Shown: positions 24,885 through 38,867 of the stretch, piece after piece
How positions within the stretch are numbered: position 1 is the first letter of the stretch
Layout: the number at the start of each line of letters is the position of its first letter
NCBI GenBank assembly: GCA_964016885.1
Contig: OZ024741.1
Span: forward strand, 398,536,001 to 398,600,000
Direction of reading: 5' to 3'
Length of the DNA: 64,000 nt
From: Eledone cirrhosa
Lineage: Eukaryota
The notes under the pieces: generated by a model
The model's input: only the letters and a program-made list of their open reading frames with translations
Told to the model about the DNA's origin: nothing
Databases searched by the model: none
Program-made: the position numbers and the translations under genes

Positions 24885-25050
24885 GAAGGCACATGGCTTA
24901 GTGGTTAGAGCATTGGGCTTGCAATCGAAAGGTGAGTTCAATTCTCGGACCGGGTGATGTGTTGTTTCCTTGAGCAAGACACTTTATTTCACGTTGTTCC
25001 AGTTTACTCAGCTGTAGAAATGAGATGATAGGACTGGGGTCCCTATCATT
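24885..25050 (+). mobile_element. tRNA-derived CORE-like SINE; further copies at 34435-34700, 41830-42060, 48348-48690
   Basis: A-box TGGCTTAGTGG, B-box GAGTTCAATTC, CORE-like CCTTGAGCAAGACACTT. Confidence 0.8.
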
Positions 25051-25221
25051 AAATCACCCAAGACACCTCCAACGAGATATACCTTGGAGGAGGCCAGCTA
25101 AACCTGCATAGGTGTGAGCTGTCACACACATCATCCATGTACCCAAAGGAGTTTATAATGAAAGGGCTAATATATTCTATTCTAAGTCTACAGCTTCTAA
25201 TTGACCAATTATGTATTTCAG

Positions 25222-25317
25222 CTTCCTGAAATCTGTTGTATTTTGAATCATCTCACAGTATTTTATGATGTTACATTTTTCCGAATAAATGAACTGCTTT
25301 CATTATGGAAGAAAACT
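25222..25317 (+). CDS. CENPI: CENP-I exon 5 (LPEICCILNHLTVFYDVTFFRINELLSLWKKT)
   Basis: TTTCAG/GTAAGT, phase 0-0; matches CPYVCHLLYLLT...V.PFRV..LL. Confidence 0.92.
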
Positions 25318-25357
25318 GTAAGTTACTTTCATGTGTAATCTTCATTTTAAGCTGCAT

Positions 25358-25610
25358 TTCATCATCATCATCACCATCACTATCATCATCATCATCATGG
25401 TTACTATTATCATCATCTTGGTTTCCATCATTATCGCCATCACCACTATGATCATCATCATCATCAACACCATGAGCATCATTACTGCCACCACCCTCAT
25501 CACCATCATCATCATCATCACTACTATCATCATCAGTATCATGGTTTCCACCACCACCATCATCATCATCACCACCACCATTATTCACCATCACCACCAC
25601 CACCACCACA
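25358..25610. repeat. (ATC/ACC)n degenerate microsatellite
   Basis: Direct reading. Confidence 0.95.
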
Positions 25611-25831
25611 TGTCTGTTTCCCTACTAGCAAGGGCTGGATGTGATGTCACAGACCATGTCAGTAACTTATTATTTGTTCTGTGACAATCAGGATTTAATT
25701 TGTGCTGTGACTTGTGCAATACAAGATATAGAAGTATTAAATTGAGTTTCTCATTTGTATTTTCCACATGTTAAGAGATAATACTGCAAATCTTTACACC
25801 GATCTGTCCATTAGTAAAGATACTATAAACA

Positions 25832-26085
25832 TTTACACCAGTTTCACTTTGGAGGTGAATATTACACCAGTTTCACTTTGGAGGTGAATATTACACCGGT
25901 TTCTCTTTGGAGGTGAATATTACACCGGTTTCACTTGGGGGGGCGAATATTACACCGGTTTCACTTTGGGGGCGAATATTACACCGGTTTCACTTTGGAG
26001 GCGAATATTACACTGGTTTCACTTTGGGGGGCGAATATTACACCGGTTTCACTTTGGGGGCGAATATTACACTGGTTTCACTTTG
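25832..26085. repeat. Minisatellite, about 29-bp unit, about 9 copies
   Basis: ATTACACCGGTTTCACTTTGGAGGTGAAT repeats ending 30 nt before the exon 6 acceptor. Confidence 0.92.
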
Positions 26086-26115
26086 TTTTTATGATTAAAT
26101 TCTTAATGTTTTCAG

Positions 26116-26202
26116 GGAAATGTGCCTGCATTAATTGGTTTGTTAGTAAAATATAAGATGTTACGACCTGACATGTTAGGATTGTCATTGCCGAAATATC
26201 AG
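26116..26202 (+). CDS. CENPI: CENP-I exon 6 (GNVPALIGLLVKYKMLRPDMLGLSLPKYQ)
   Basis: TTTCAG/GTAAAT; matches G..P.L..LL..YK...P. Confidence 0.92.
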
Positions 26203-26419
26203 GTAAATTTTGTTTTTCCCCACCTAGTTCATCATCATCATTGTTAAAAAACCATAGAATGTATTATTGCACAAACTTTACACACCTATTACAATATTGT
26301 AGCAAGGTGTGCAGATATCGAGCATATATTGAACATATATCGACCATATATTGAACAATGGCATTAGTTTGAATGAATTCTGTACAGAGTGGACCACATG
26401 AAGGTTGCCATTTCCTACC

Positions 26420-26700
26420 CCCAAGAGTGGCCAAGATCATGGAATGAGTCCAAATTTACTAACCAAAACCTCATCGAGGACCCCACATCTAAACTAGCTG
26501 GCTTTCACCTTCCCAGAAGGCAATGGGTGTCCCTTAATCAGATCCACACAGCACATGCCAGGACAGCCCATTATCCTCATTGATGGAAAATGAGAAAGAT
26601 AGTCTAGCATGTGACTGTGGGGACTCTGACCAGACAGTACTGCATGTTATTCTCGATTGCCCTCTCAGATGTTTTCCCAGTAGATTGGAGGCAGCCGAAA
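26420..26700 (+). mobile_element. Non-LTR retrotransposon C-terminal fragment (I-group/ingi-like CCHC end)
   Basis: GFHLPRRQWVSLNQIHT...CDCG..DQTV.H...DCP. Confidence 0.6.
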
Positions 26701-27118
26701 TATGGTGTCCAACTCTCTACTGATACTGCCAATCCACCACCCTATCAATAATAATAACAAATGTCTAGAATAATAAATACTCTCTGGTCTCAAATAATCG
26801 CCCCACCCCCTACCTCCACCTCTTATTCCAGGAAATGCCAATCAATAATGTTGAAGTTTTATTAGTATAGCTCCTTTTTTGACAATGAAGTTCTGAGTTC
26901 AAATCCCAACCTGGTTAGCTTTGCCTTTTATCCTCCTTACAGAGTCAATAAAATAAAGTAACAGTAATGTACTTGGGTAGATTTAATCAACTTTCCCCTC
27001 CCCTTCAAATTGTTGGCCTTATTCCTAAAATAGAAACAATCATTATTGATATATTTTTCGGCCCTTGTGGCCAATAAATGAAACAATTATTATTGGTATT
27101 TTTTATTCTATTTTTCAG

Positions 27119-27226
27119 TGTTTTTTTAGAACTAAATATCCTCAAATACAGAAATTAATTGAAGGTATTCAGCTACGAAGAGGATTGGAATTAAAGGACT
27201 TACCCAGTAAATCTTCTAACAGTCCT
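27119..27226 (+). CDS. CENPI: CENP-I exon 7 (CFFRTKYPQIQKLIEGIQLRRG...SNSP)
   Basis: TTTTTCAG/GTAAGT, phase 0-0. Confidence 0.85.
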
Positions 27227-27479
27227 GTAAGTTATTGGTTTTATATTTCGTGTGTATGTGTAGATTTTGTCTTTCACCATCATCATCATTGTTTAACATT
27301 TATTTTCCACATTAGCATGGGTTAGACTGGTTGTCCCATTTGAGGCAAGTTGGGTCAGGTGACCATGTCTTGCTTATACAGAACTGTTTCTGGTTTGGTT
27401 TCTACAGCTGGATGCCCTTCCTACTGCCAACCACTTTACAGTGTGGACTGGATGCTTTTAGTCATAGCACCATAACAAC

Positions 27480-28400
27480 CACTTAACAGTGTGGGCTGGG
27501 TGTCTTTTATCTTGGCACCGTAACGACCACTTTACAGTGTGGGCTGGGTGTCTTGTATCTTGGCACCATAACGACCACTTTACAGTGTGGGCTGGGTGTC
27601 TTTTATCTTGGCACCATAACGACCACTTTACAGTGTGGGCTGGGTGTCTTTTATCTTGGCACCATAACGACCACTTTACAGTGTGGGCTGGGTGTCTTTT
27701 ATCTTGGCACCATAACGACCACTTTACAGTGTGGGCTGGGTGTCTTTTATCTTGGCACCATAACGACCACTTTACAGTGTGGGCTGGGTGTCTTTTATCT
27801 TGGCACCATAACGACCACTTTACAGTGTGGGCTGGGTGTCTTTTATCTTGGCACCATAACGACCACTTTACAGTGTGGGCTGGGTGTCTTTTATCTTGGC
27901 ACCATAACGACCACTTTACAGTGTGGGCTGGGTGTCTTTTATCTTGGCACCATAACGACCACTTTACAGTGTGGGCTGGGTGTCTTTTATCTTGGCACCA
28001 TAACGACCACTTTACAGTGTGGGCTGGGTGTCTTTTATCTTGGCACCATAACGACCACTTTACAGTGTGGGCTGGGTGTCTTTTATCTTGGCACCATAAC
28101 GACCACTTTACAGTGTGGGCTGGGTGTCTTTTATCTTGGCACCATAACGACCACTTTACAGTGTGGGCTGGGTGTCTTTTATCTTGGCACCATAACGACC
28201 ACTTTACAGTGTGGGCTGGGTGTCTTTTATCTTGGCACCATAACGACCACTTTACAGTGTGGGCTGGGTGTCTTTTATCTTGGCACCATAACGACCACTT
28301 TACAGTGTGGGCTGGGTGTCTTTTATCTTGGCACCATAACGACCACTTTACAGTGTGGGCTGGGTGTCTTTTATCTTGGCACCGTAATCACCACTTTACC
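27480..28400 (-). repeat. Near-perfect minisatellite, 48-bp unit, about 19 copies, within an RTE 3' fragment (27278-28710)
   Basis: ACAGTGTGGGCTGGGTGTCTTTTATCTTGGCACCATAACGACCACTTT; flanks are RTE tail on one side and RTE ORF end on the other. Confidence 0.95.
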
Positions 28401-29008
28401 ATGGCCTCTCCCCACTGGGATTATTTGACACTTCTTCACCCAACAATGACCATACCAGCTCAGCCTCCGCTCATCCACACTACATCTGATTCTTCTTACA
28501 CCGAGTTTCTCTCCCTCTGTTCATCCATACTTTGTCGTCCTCACACATTAACATTGCACGTCCATTGAAGCATACTTGTCTTATTTCTATCCAGTCACCA
28601 CACACTGCATGTCCTCAGTGGTCACTGCCGATGTCTCATTACCTGGCATCATGGCACCTATCATGCAGCTGACCTTTCATTTATAAAGAGAAACCTTTTG
28701 TTGTTAGCAGTATCAAAGACACGACAACCTTCCAAGTGCTGGTGCCATGATAAAAAATGCACTCAGTAAAGTCTGTAGGATTGTATGTAAACGAGATGTG
28801 AGCTCCTGACCCGCCTGAGCACTCGGTAAGATGTGGGAACATATGTAAGTGAGAGGCAGGCCCTTAGATCATCTGCTAGCAGGGAAAACTGACATTAAAT
28901 GATAATGTGGAGGAGGAGGTGGGTATCAAAAGCTTCTCAGGAATGTCAGATTTTCTGATCTTTTTATATGAAATTATTTACACCATTATACCGTTCTCTC
29001 TTTTTCAG

Positions 29009-29170
29009 CTTCGAAAGAAAGCCAAAATGAGTCAATTAATTCCTGCAGTTGAGTCTTCACATGATTATAAACCCACCACTGAAGTTCCTTCCGACGCCTT
29101 CCCTCGAACAGTTTCCTTCAACAGGATACTCACATTTGAAGACCTTATTAAATATGTCGATCAAATTGAG
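29009..29170 (+). CDS. CENPI: CENP-I exon 8 (LRKKAKMSQLIPAVESS...ILTFEDLIKYVDQIE)
   Basis: TTTTTCAG/GTAAGA; matches L.SF..L...I..LE. Confidence 0.92.
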
Positions 29171-29177
29171 GTAAGAT

Positions 29178-30315
<1,138 letters not shown>

Positions 30316-30418
30316 AGATTCTCTGGTTTTTCATTCTTATCTCAATTAATGAACCTGATTTTTAATTGTATTTCTAATGAAATATTAAACAACTTGAGCT
30401 TTTAGTTAAGTTTGAAAA

Positions 30419-30438
30419 TAACATCATCACCAACAACG

Positions 30439-30486
<48 letters not shown>

Positions 30487-30491
30487 ACAGC

Positions 30492-30529
<38 letters not shown>

Positions 30530-33500
30530 ACCAGTACAGATTTTGCGGAACTGCAACTAATGATTTCTGCTGTGAGAAGGGAAGTTGCAGGAATAGAGGC
30601 AAGCATTCGGGTAGGACTCGACAATGAGGGGTCTTATCGGAATGCCTTGCTAAAGAATCTCCCTGTCCCTCTTGCTGGAAAGACTGAAAAGACTGCGGAA
30701 TCTGCTACCCATGAAGTGATTGCCATTGGGGTACCAGAGGACAAGGCTGATCTTCAGGCATTTGCTGCCAGCTCAGCCAAAGACCTAGGCTGTGTTCCCC
30801 CAAAGGGTGCCCTCCGCCTTGGTCGACCTGGTCCAAAACCCAGACTCATCAGGCTGTCTTTCTCGGACCCCGCAGAGGCAACCTCATATCATCTGGCCTC
30901 TGCTAAAGCTGGGCGTGAAAATCGGATTACCTTCCGAACACGCCCAGGCCTACCACCCCATGTACGTCCAAAACTACGTGCTGCAGCTTCCTTGAATCGG
31001 AACTCAGCACAAGATGAAAGTTTCAGTCTGCGTGATGATGGGCAGATCTGGAGGTTTGTCAAGGCTGGTGAAACGTGGAAGAGAGATACCAGCTGGTCTG
31101 AGTGTGATATACCCACAATAACTGGCGATGTAAAAACTGCTACAACTCTGGGAAACTAAACCAGAACAACCTGCCACCCTCTACACACCATCATAAACTG
31201 CGAGCAGGGTACAAATTGTTGTCCTTAAATGCTCGCAGTTTATGCAACAAGATACATCTGTTCGAATCCTACGTCAGAAGCATCGACCCTGACTTCATCA
31301 CAGTCACGGAAACATGGGCACATTCCTTACTCTGTGATGGGGTTTTCACCATTACTGGGTACAACCTTTTCCGCAAGGACCGCATTAACCGCCGTGGTGG
31401 TGGTGTGATGGTCTACGTTCGTTCAAACTTTTCGGTAATTCCTTGCGTTGATTTGAACGAATCACAGGAAGAAGTTTTTTTCTGTGACATACGTATGACC
31501 ATGTCAACACTTCTGCTTGGTGTTGTTTATCGCCCCCCCAAACTACCATCAGGACACACAGCTTTGCGATATCCTCAGAGTTGCTGCCAAGAAAACAGCC
31601 ACTTATGTGTTTATTGCAGGTGACTTCAATCATCCTGAGATCGATTGGGAAACCTTTCGTTGGCCACAGGGTGCAAACGATTTCCTTGAACTAGTGCTGG
31701 ACTCAAACTGGTCACAAGTAGTCACCTCTCCAACAAGAGGTGACAACACTTTGGACCTGATCTTCACCACTACTCCTGAAGTGGTTATCAGTTGTACTAC
31801 TGAGGAACCTCTAGGCGACTCTGATCATGCTATGATCATTGCCAATCTGGCACTTGAGGGCAGCAACAAAAACCAGGGCCATCTCCAATCTGCTTGCTTT
31901 GATTGGAAGAGGGCGGATTGGAACTTGTACTGCACTGAGCTACAGCGCCCAAACTGGCATGAGATGTATAACTCTGGAGATGTGAACTCTATACTCCAGA
32001 GCATCCTGGACTCAATATGGATAGCGTGTGCAGCATCAGTGCCACGGAAGCGGAAAAATAACCACCCCAAAAGTGCAATCTGGGAAACTTCAGCGGTCCG
32101 ACTTGCCAGGAAAGAACGTCGGAGCGCTGAATGGGAATATAAACTGCATAGATCAGATGCCAACAGAAAAAAGCGGAATAAATCTTCTAACCATCTCAAG
32201 CAAGTGACAAAGAAGGCAGTGCTTGAATTTGAACAGTGCATCGCAACCAATCCTGACAGTAAGGTGTTCTGGAAATATGTTCATTCAAAGCAGAGACCTC
32301 ACTCTCCAGTTGGTCCTCTTCGCAATCCCCACACAGGCCAGATCACTGACGATCCCAAGGAATGCGCAGAACTCATTGCTGAGTGCTATGCAAGTATTTT
32401 TACTGTTGAAAACCAGAATGTACAATCTCCACCATCTCTAACATCAAATTCCATAACAACTATGGAATTTACACCTGCAATGTTGCGACGTCACCTTAAG
32501 AATAAGCGCAACTATGCCTCCCCTGGTCTTGATGGTGTGACATACCTGCTTCTCAAACATGGCGGGGATTTCCTTTTGCGCCAGCTTTCTTTTTTCTTTC
32601 AATACTGTCTCAGCAATGGTGCTACTCCGGAGCAGTGGAAAACTGCCAGTGTCATTCCCCTGTTCAAAAAGGGCAACCGCATGTCACCTGTCAGCTATCG
32701 TCCAGTCAGTCTTACTAGCTGTATGGCCAAACTGATGGAATCCTGTGTCAGAGAAACACTTTGGAACTTCTGGAGCTCTCACAGCCTCATCCGGCCCTCA
32801 CAGTTTGGATTTATCCCTAACTCCAGCTGCTGCGATCAGCTTATCGAGTTTCTTGAGGACATCACCCGGATCACTGACAGCGGCTCATGGGTGGATGTTG
32901 TTTACCTTGACTTTGCTAAGGCTTTTAATTCTGTGCCACACAAAAGACTTATGGCAAAACTCTCTGCAATGGGTGTGAGGGATGATCTTTTCGACTGGCT
33001 GAAATCCTTCATTCTCAGCCGAAAGGAAGTAGTCACGGTTCTAGGACAGCATTCTTCACCATATGAGATGTCATCTGGTGTACCACAGGGATCTGTTCTT
33101 GGTCCTCTTTTGTTTGTGGCATATATTAATGACATAGATGCCAATTTGCAGAATGCCACGGTACTAAAATATGCAGATGACATCAAGCTGTACCTTGAAA
33201 TCAAAAGGACTGATCCTGAAATTTACAACTCTTTCCTACAATCAGACCTGGACACAATGCAGCAATGGATCACAGACTGGCAACTGAAGCTGGCTGTGGA
33301 CAAGTGTACCACCATGCATTTTGGAAGGAAAAATCCAGCGTCCACATACTCCCCCCTCCACAACACTGACATCAAAAAGTCCTCTTGTGAACGTGACCTG
33401 GGCATTACTGTCAGCAACGATTTGCGTTGGACAAAGCATGTCTCTAAGATTGTCAAGAAGGCCGAGGGTGTCTTGGCATCACTCAGCAAGACCTTTGTTA

Positions 33501-34270
33501 GCCGCTCTCCAGCTATCTATTTAAAACTGTATACAGCTATGGTGCGACCACACTTGGAATTCGCATCATCAGTCTGGAACCCCTATCTTACTCGGAACAT
33601 TGACCTCCTGGAAACTGTTCAGAGACGTGCAACCAAGCGCATACCCTCCATCAGACACCTACCATACTCTGAACGCCTTGCTTCCCTGGGCATGGATTCA
33701 TTGAAGCTCCGACGTCTGGCAATGGACTTGGTGAATACCCACAAAGTTTTTAACCATCTCGCCAACTGCAACCCTGAGCGCCTCTTTGATCTCCATGTGT
33801 CTAACACACGTGGACATGCCTACAAGATAAGAAAACAGCATAGCTCCCATGACTTTCGCAGACATTTTTTCACGCTCAGAGTTGCTGAAGCATGGAACAA
33901 ACTGCCTGCGTCAATTGTTAGCTGCCGAGACACTGCATCCTTTAAGACACTCATGCTTCCCAAAATACGCCAAAACTACACCTGATGTACCCCTTCCATA
34001 CACATGCACACATGTGTGTATCATGACTCGTGCACTGTTCATTTTACTGATGTTTGTGCATTGCCCTATGTACTGTACATGCACTTTTTTGATGAGTTGT
34101 GGTGCACCTGGGCACTGTACACAATATTTCGTTATTGTTATTATATCATGCCTCATACACTGTTTATTTTCCTGACATTTGTACATTATTCTATGTACTA
34201 TACATGCACCTTTGATGAGTTGTAGTGCACCTGAGCACTGTACACAATAATTTCATTATTATTATTATTA
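30419..34270 (+). mobile_element. Young CR1-type LINE, 5'-truncated in the Gln-rich part of ORF1; ORF2 with a single +1 C frameshift at about 31535
   Basis: APE endonuclease (LNARSL, GDFN, SDH) and RT (GVPQGSVLGP, YADD); doubled 3' UTR; (ATT)n tail. Confidence 0.95.
31157..33985 (+). pseudogene. CR1 ORF2 (endonuclease + reverse transcriptase), frameshifted
   Basis: ORFs 31216..31623 and 31517..33985 join if C7 at 31533-31539 is C6, as in the second copy. Confidence 0.9.
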
Positions 34271-34299
34271 TAAAGAATTTAAAAATAATTTAAAATGAA

Positions 34300-34412
34300 A
34301 ATTATTGTGTACAGTGCTCAGGTGCACTACAACCTATCAAAGGTGCATGTATAGTACATAGAATAATGCACTAAAGTCAGGAAAGTGAACAGTATATGAG
34401 TCATGATATACA
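34300..34412 (-). mobile_element. Inverted CR1 3'-UTR fragment, tail-to-tail with the preceding LINE
   Basis: Reverse complement of 34146-34260. Confidence 0.85.
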
Positions 34413-34979
34413 TATGCATGCATTTGAATGGTGTGAAGGCACGTGGCCTAGTGGTAAGGGTGTTAGACTTACGATCGTAATGTCGTGGGTTCAATTCCTG
34501 GACTGGCTTGTGTGTTGTGTTCTTGAGCAAAACACTTTATTCCATGTTGTTCCAGTATACTCAGCTGAAAATGAGTACCAGCAATAGCTGGGGATTTAAC
34601 CCTGTGATGGACTGATGTCCTGTCCAGGGGGGGGAGTCTTGTACTCTCAGTCGCTTCACGCCATGAAACCGGGATAAGCACCGGCTTAACGTGCTGGCTT
34701 GCAGCACATGAGGGCATGCATGTGTATGGAGGGTGTTTCAAACTTAAAGACTCAAAGGGCCATTATGTCTCAGGGAGAGGCACAAAGCGCCATTATGTCT
34801 TCGAGAGAGGCACAAAGAACCATTTTGTCTCGGGGATGAGGCACAAAGGGCCAAAAGTAAGATGAGGTGGGGGAGGTTGTGTCATTTCCACCTGTTATAA
34901 CGCTAATCTGTAATACAGCTGATTTACTGCTATTTATTTTATTTTTTCCCATCAAAATAAATATATTTATAATGTATAA

Positions 34980-36764
34980 TATATTTATTTGTAGTTACCT
35001 CATATATCTCTAGTTACCTGTTCATTTCTTTCCCTCATATATCTCTAGTTACCTGTTCAAATCTTTTCATTATTTATATGTAATTACCTGTTCAAATTTT
35101 TCTCACATTGTAGTTACTTCAGGTCTCGAATAATCGCTCCGCCTTGTTTATTAATGTTTCAGGTACCCCCCCGCACACACACACCTGTTTATTATATTTT
35201 GCTAACTAATCCATCTCTAGCAAAATTTTTCTTTATACATTAAAAAAACATTACACATGACCAAAAAAGTACATTACTAGAAATCCCATATGTTATAAAA
35301 TAATAGGATGGGTTGGGGACTTCATATGTAAACTAAACGACTAATTCTGGTTTTTAAAAAAATCAACGGAGACAACCTAGAAAAATGACTGATTTTCCAA
35401 CTCCCTTGCCTATTCCAACCTCTCCACTTATGTCAACGCCATCACTCTCCTTATTATTTGGGACCCACATTATTTGTAATTACCTGTTCAATTATCTCCC
35501 ACATTATTTGTACTTACCTGTTCAATTACCTCTCACATTATTTGTAGTTACCTGTTCAATTACCTCCCACATTATTTGTAGTTACCTGTTCAATTACCTC
35601 CCACATTATTTGTAGTTACCTGTTCAATTACCTCTCACATTATTTGTAGTTACCTGTTCAATTACCTCCCACATTATTTGTAGTTACCTGTTCAATTACC
35701 TCCCACATTATTTGTAGTTACCTGTTCAATTACCTCCCACATTATTTGTAGTTACCTGTTCAATTATCTCCCACATTATTTGTAGTTACCTGTTCAATTA
35801 CCTCTCACATTATTTGTACTTACCTGTTCAATTATCTCCCACATTATTTGTAGTTACCTGTTCAATTACCTCTCACATTATTTGTACTTACCTGTTCAAT
35901 TACCTCTCACATTATTTGTAGTTACCTGTTCAATTACCTCTCACATTATTTGTACTTACCTGTTCAATTATCTCCCACATTATTTGTAGTTACCTGTTCA
36001 ATTACCTCTCACATTATTTGTACTTACCTGTTCAATTACCTCCCACATTATTTGTAGTTACCTGTTCAATTACCTCTCACATTATTTGTACTTACCTGTT
36101 CAATTACCTCCCACATTATTTGTACTTACCTGTTCAATTACCTCTCACATTATTTGTAGTTACCTGTTCAATTACCTCTCACATTATTTGTAGTTACCTG
36201 TTCAATTATCTCCCACATTATTTGTAGTTACCTGTTCAATTATCTCCCACATTATTTGTAGTTACCTGTTCAATTATCTCCCACATTATTTGTAGTTACC
36301 TGTTCAATTATCTCCCACATTATTTGTAGTTACCTGTTCAATTCTCACCCACATTATTTCTAGTTCAAATCCCGCTGAAGTTGACTTTGCCTTTCATCCT
36401 TATGGGGTCGATAAAATAAAGTACCAGTAATGCACTGGGTAATTGCTGGCCTTGTGCCTAAAGTAGAAACAATTATTTCTAGTTATTTTTAGTTCAAAAT
36501 GTTCTCTTTTTATCTGTAATTACCTGTTCAAATTTTTCCTTCGTTTATTTGTAGCTATTTATTCAAATATTTTCTTCTTTCTTTTTATAATTACCTGTTC
36601 AAATGTTTTCTTTTTATTTGTAGTTACCTGTTGAAATATTTTCTTCTTTTTATTTATAATTATGTGTTGAAATATTTTATTTTTATTTATAATTACCTGT
36701 TGAAATATTTTCTTCTTTTTATTTGTAGTTACCTGTTGAAATATTTTCTTCTTTTTATTTATAG
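34980..36764 (+). repeat. Minisatellite sharing the exon-9 acceptor sequence (34-bp unit, about 26 homogeneous copies at 35468-36360, degenerate flanks)
   Basis: Unit ATTATTTGTAG|TTACCTGTTCAATTACCTCCCAC vs the real junction TTTATAG|TTACCTGTTCAG. Confidence 0.9.
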
Positions 36765-36885
36765 TTACCTGTTCAGATAGGTGCCGTCCTTGACAACCCT
36801 CTCCTTCAGTACCTGACCACTTACAACAAGAACCAACACATTACCGGCCAGTTTAACTGGTGGCTCTACCATACGTGCTATGATG
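36765..36885 (+). CDS. CENPI: CENP-I exon 9 (LPVQIGAVLDNPLLQYLTTYNKNQHITGQFNWWLYHTCYD)
   Basis: TAG/GTAAGT; matches the hallmark LPSQMGSVL.N.LL...RF..WL motif. Confidence 0.95.
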
Positions 36886-37774
36886 GTAAGTTCTCAAAAG
36901 AAATATTTCTAAACAACCTTAATAGTATATGTTTAGAATGTTAGTATCAGTGTATATATTATTAAGAATGACAATAAATGCAGGTGAGTGTTGTGACATG
37001 GTTTTACTTCACAGAAGTCAAATAAATTAATAGAAATAATTGTTACCACATGTTGATGGTCAGTTGGTCACAACTCCCAGACCGGAGTCTCCATTTAGTA
37101 CATGGATCTGCCACTGGGAAAGGGACGCAACATATGTATAAGCCGGATATGTATAAGATCTGACCATCGCAAAGGGACGCAACATATGTATAAGCCGGAG
37201 TCAAGCAGTTTATATTTAAGCAAGCCAGTTTCTAGTCACTATGAACCAGCATGGAAACTGTTTCCCTGGTCACCAGATGCAAAGCCCCGAGTGGGAAGTC
37301 CAAACATAACCATTAGAAGTGTGTTGGGGAGAAACACTGGCCTCATTGTACGGGATCTTCTTGCTGCGATGAGAATGAACCTGCTGAGAAACAGCTTCTC
37401 TGGTCACAAGAGGCAAAGTACCGAGTAGGACACTGGCCTCACTGGACAGGATCTTGTTGCTGTGATGAGAGAATAGGAAGTTTGGAACAAGAACTTTGTG
37501 CATGATTCATCTTTGTTGGATGGATGGCTTAAGAAGATATATTATGTCGTTCCTTTAACTGGTTTCAGTCATTGGACTGCAGCCATGTTGGGACACTTCC
37601 TTCCAGGGTTTTAAGTCAGTCATATCCATCTTGGTACTTATTGCAACCTGCTGCTCTGTTTGTCAAACTGCAAAATTACAGGACAACATAAAGTAATGCA
37701 ACCTATACAATACTAGCTTCTAGACAGCTGTATACATAAACACACACACATACACACATACACCCATATGCACT

Positions 37775-37813
<39 letters not shown>

Positions 37814-38227
37814 ATAAACACATGCACTGACACACAAACACATTCATCTCCATCACACACATACACACATATGCACACTTACACCCTTATGCACTGACAC
37901 ACACACACATATAAACACACAAAAACATGCACACACTCACATAAACACATGCATTGACACACTCACACATAGACACACATTCATCTCCCCATGCCACTTT
38001 CCTGATAGATGTATATTTTTAGGTGAGGGGTGCATACATGTATGGGACCTTAACTTCAGATGGAGTTGTAGGGTAAGTGAGATGCAGATCCCTGGCCTGC
38101 CTGGGAGGTCAGTAGTCCCGCTTTAGTACTAACTTTTTCTCACAAAAAAGTTTATACCTATATTTAAAACCCCACTAAAAAGTTTGCGCCGATATTTGAA
38201 ATCTCACTAAATAGTTTATAACTAAAC

Positions 38228-38381
38228 AGTGAAATTTCGTTATAACGAAATTCATGGAGTATAAAAAAAATTTGTTGTAACGAAAAATTCTTTATAACGA
38301 GATCGACCTAACACATTGATTGTGAGGCCGAGGATTGAAAAAAATGTTATAATGGTATTCGTTATAACAGAATTTTACCTG
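38228..38381. mobile_element. Probable Tc1/pogo-type MITE
   Basis: CAGTGAAATTTCGTTATAACG ... CGTTATAACAGAATTTTACCTG imperfect TIRs. Confidence 0.5.
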
Positions 38382-38508
38382 TATTTCAAATGTCACTAAA
38401 AAGTTTACACCTCCTCTATTTGAAATCTCACTTGAAAAAGTAATTTGTGTTTAAAAATATAACAACATTTATAAATAATTATGAGTATTTGATAATTTTC
38501 TGTTGTAG

Positions 38509-38591
38509 CTTTTCTAGAAACCAGTGTGCAGTCTACTGACTATCTGGAAGAGTTTCTCTCAAAGTTAGCAATATTCATGCGTCGTGTAAAG
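38509..38591 (+). CDS. CENPI: CENP-I exon 10 (AFLETSVQSTDYLEEFLSKLAIFMRRVK)
   Basis: TGTAG/GTAATT, phase 1-0; alternative in-frame acceptor at 38518. Confidence 0.88.
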
Positions 38592-38867
38592 GTAATTTTA
38601 TTTTTATTTTATGATTTCTTTATCAACATTTTATATCCAGATCTCTTTGAAGTCACATCCTATCTTTTAACGGTAAGAGTGGTTTCACTACTGCAGACGT
38701 AGATACCCTTAGAAATAGGAAAGGGTATAAAAACATGGCTGAATTGCTTTGGATTAGGGTGGATCTGGATTTAAACAACAGCCACAAATTGTTGAAAGAA
38801 ATATGATACTATGAAAGAATCGTTGGACAGATTTTAAAGGCAAAACCAACTGTCAGGAGACTCCTGA

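Noticed and set aside
25271-25684. Asp-rich, Ile/His-rich and Met/Val-rich ORFs
   Set aside because: Translations of an (ATC)n microsatellite.
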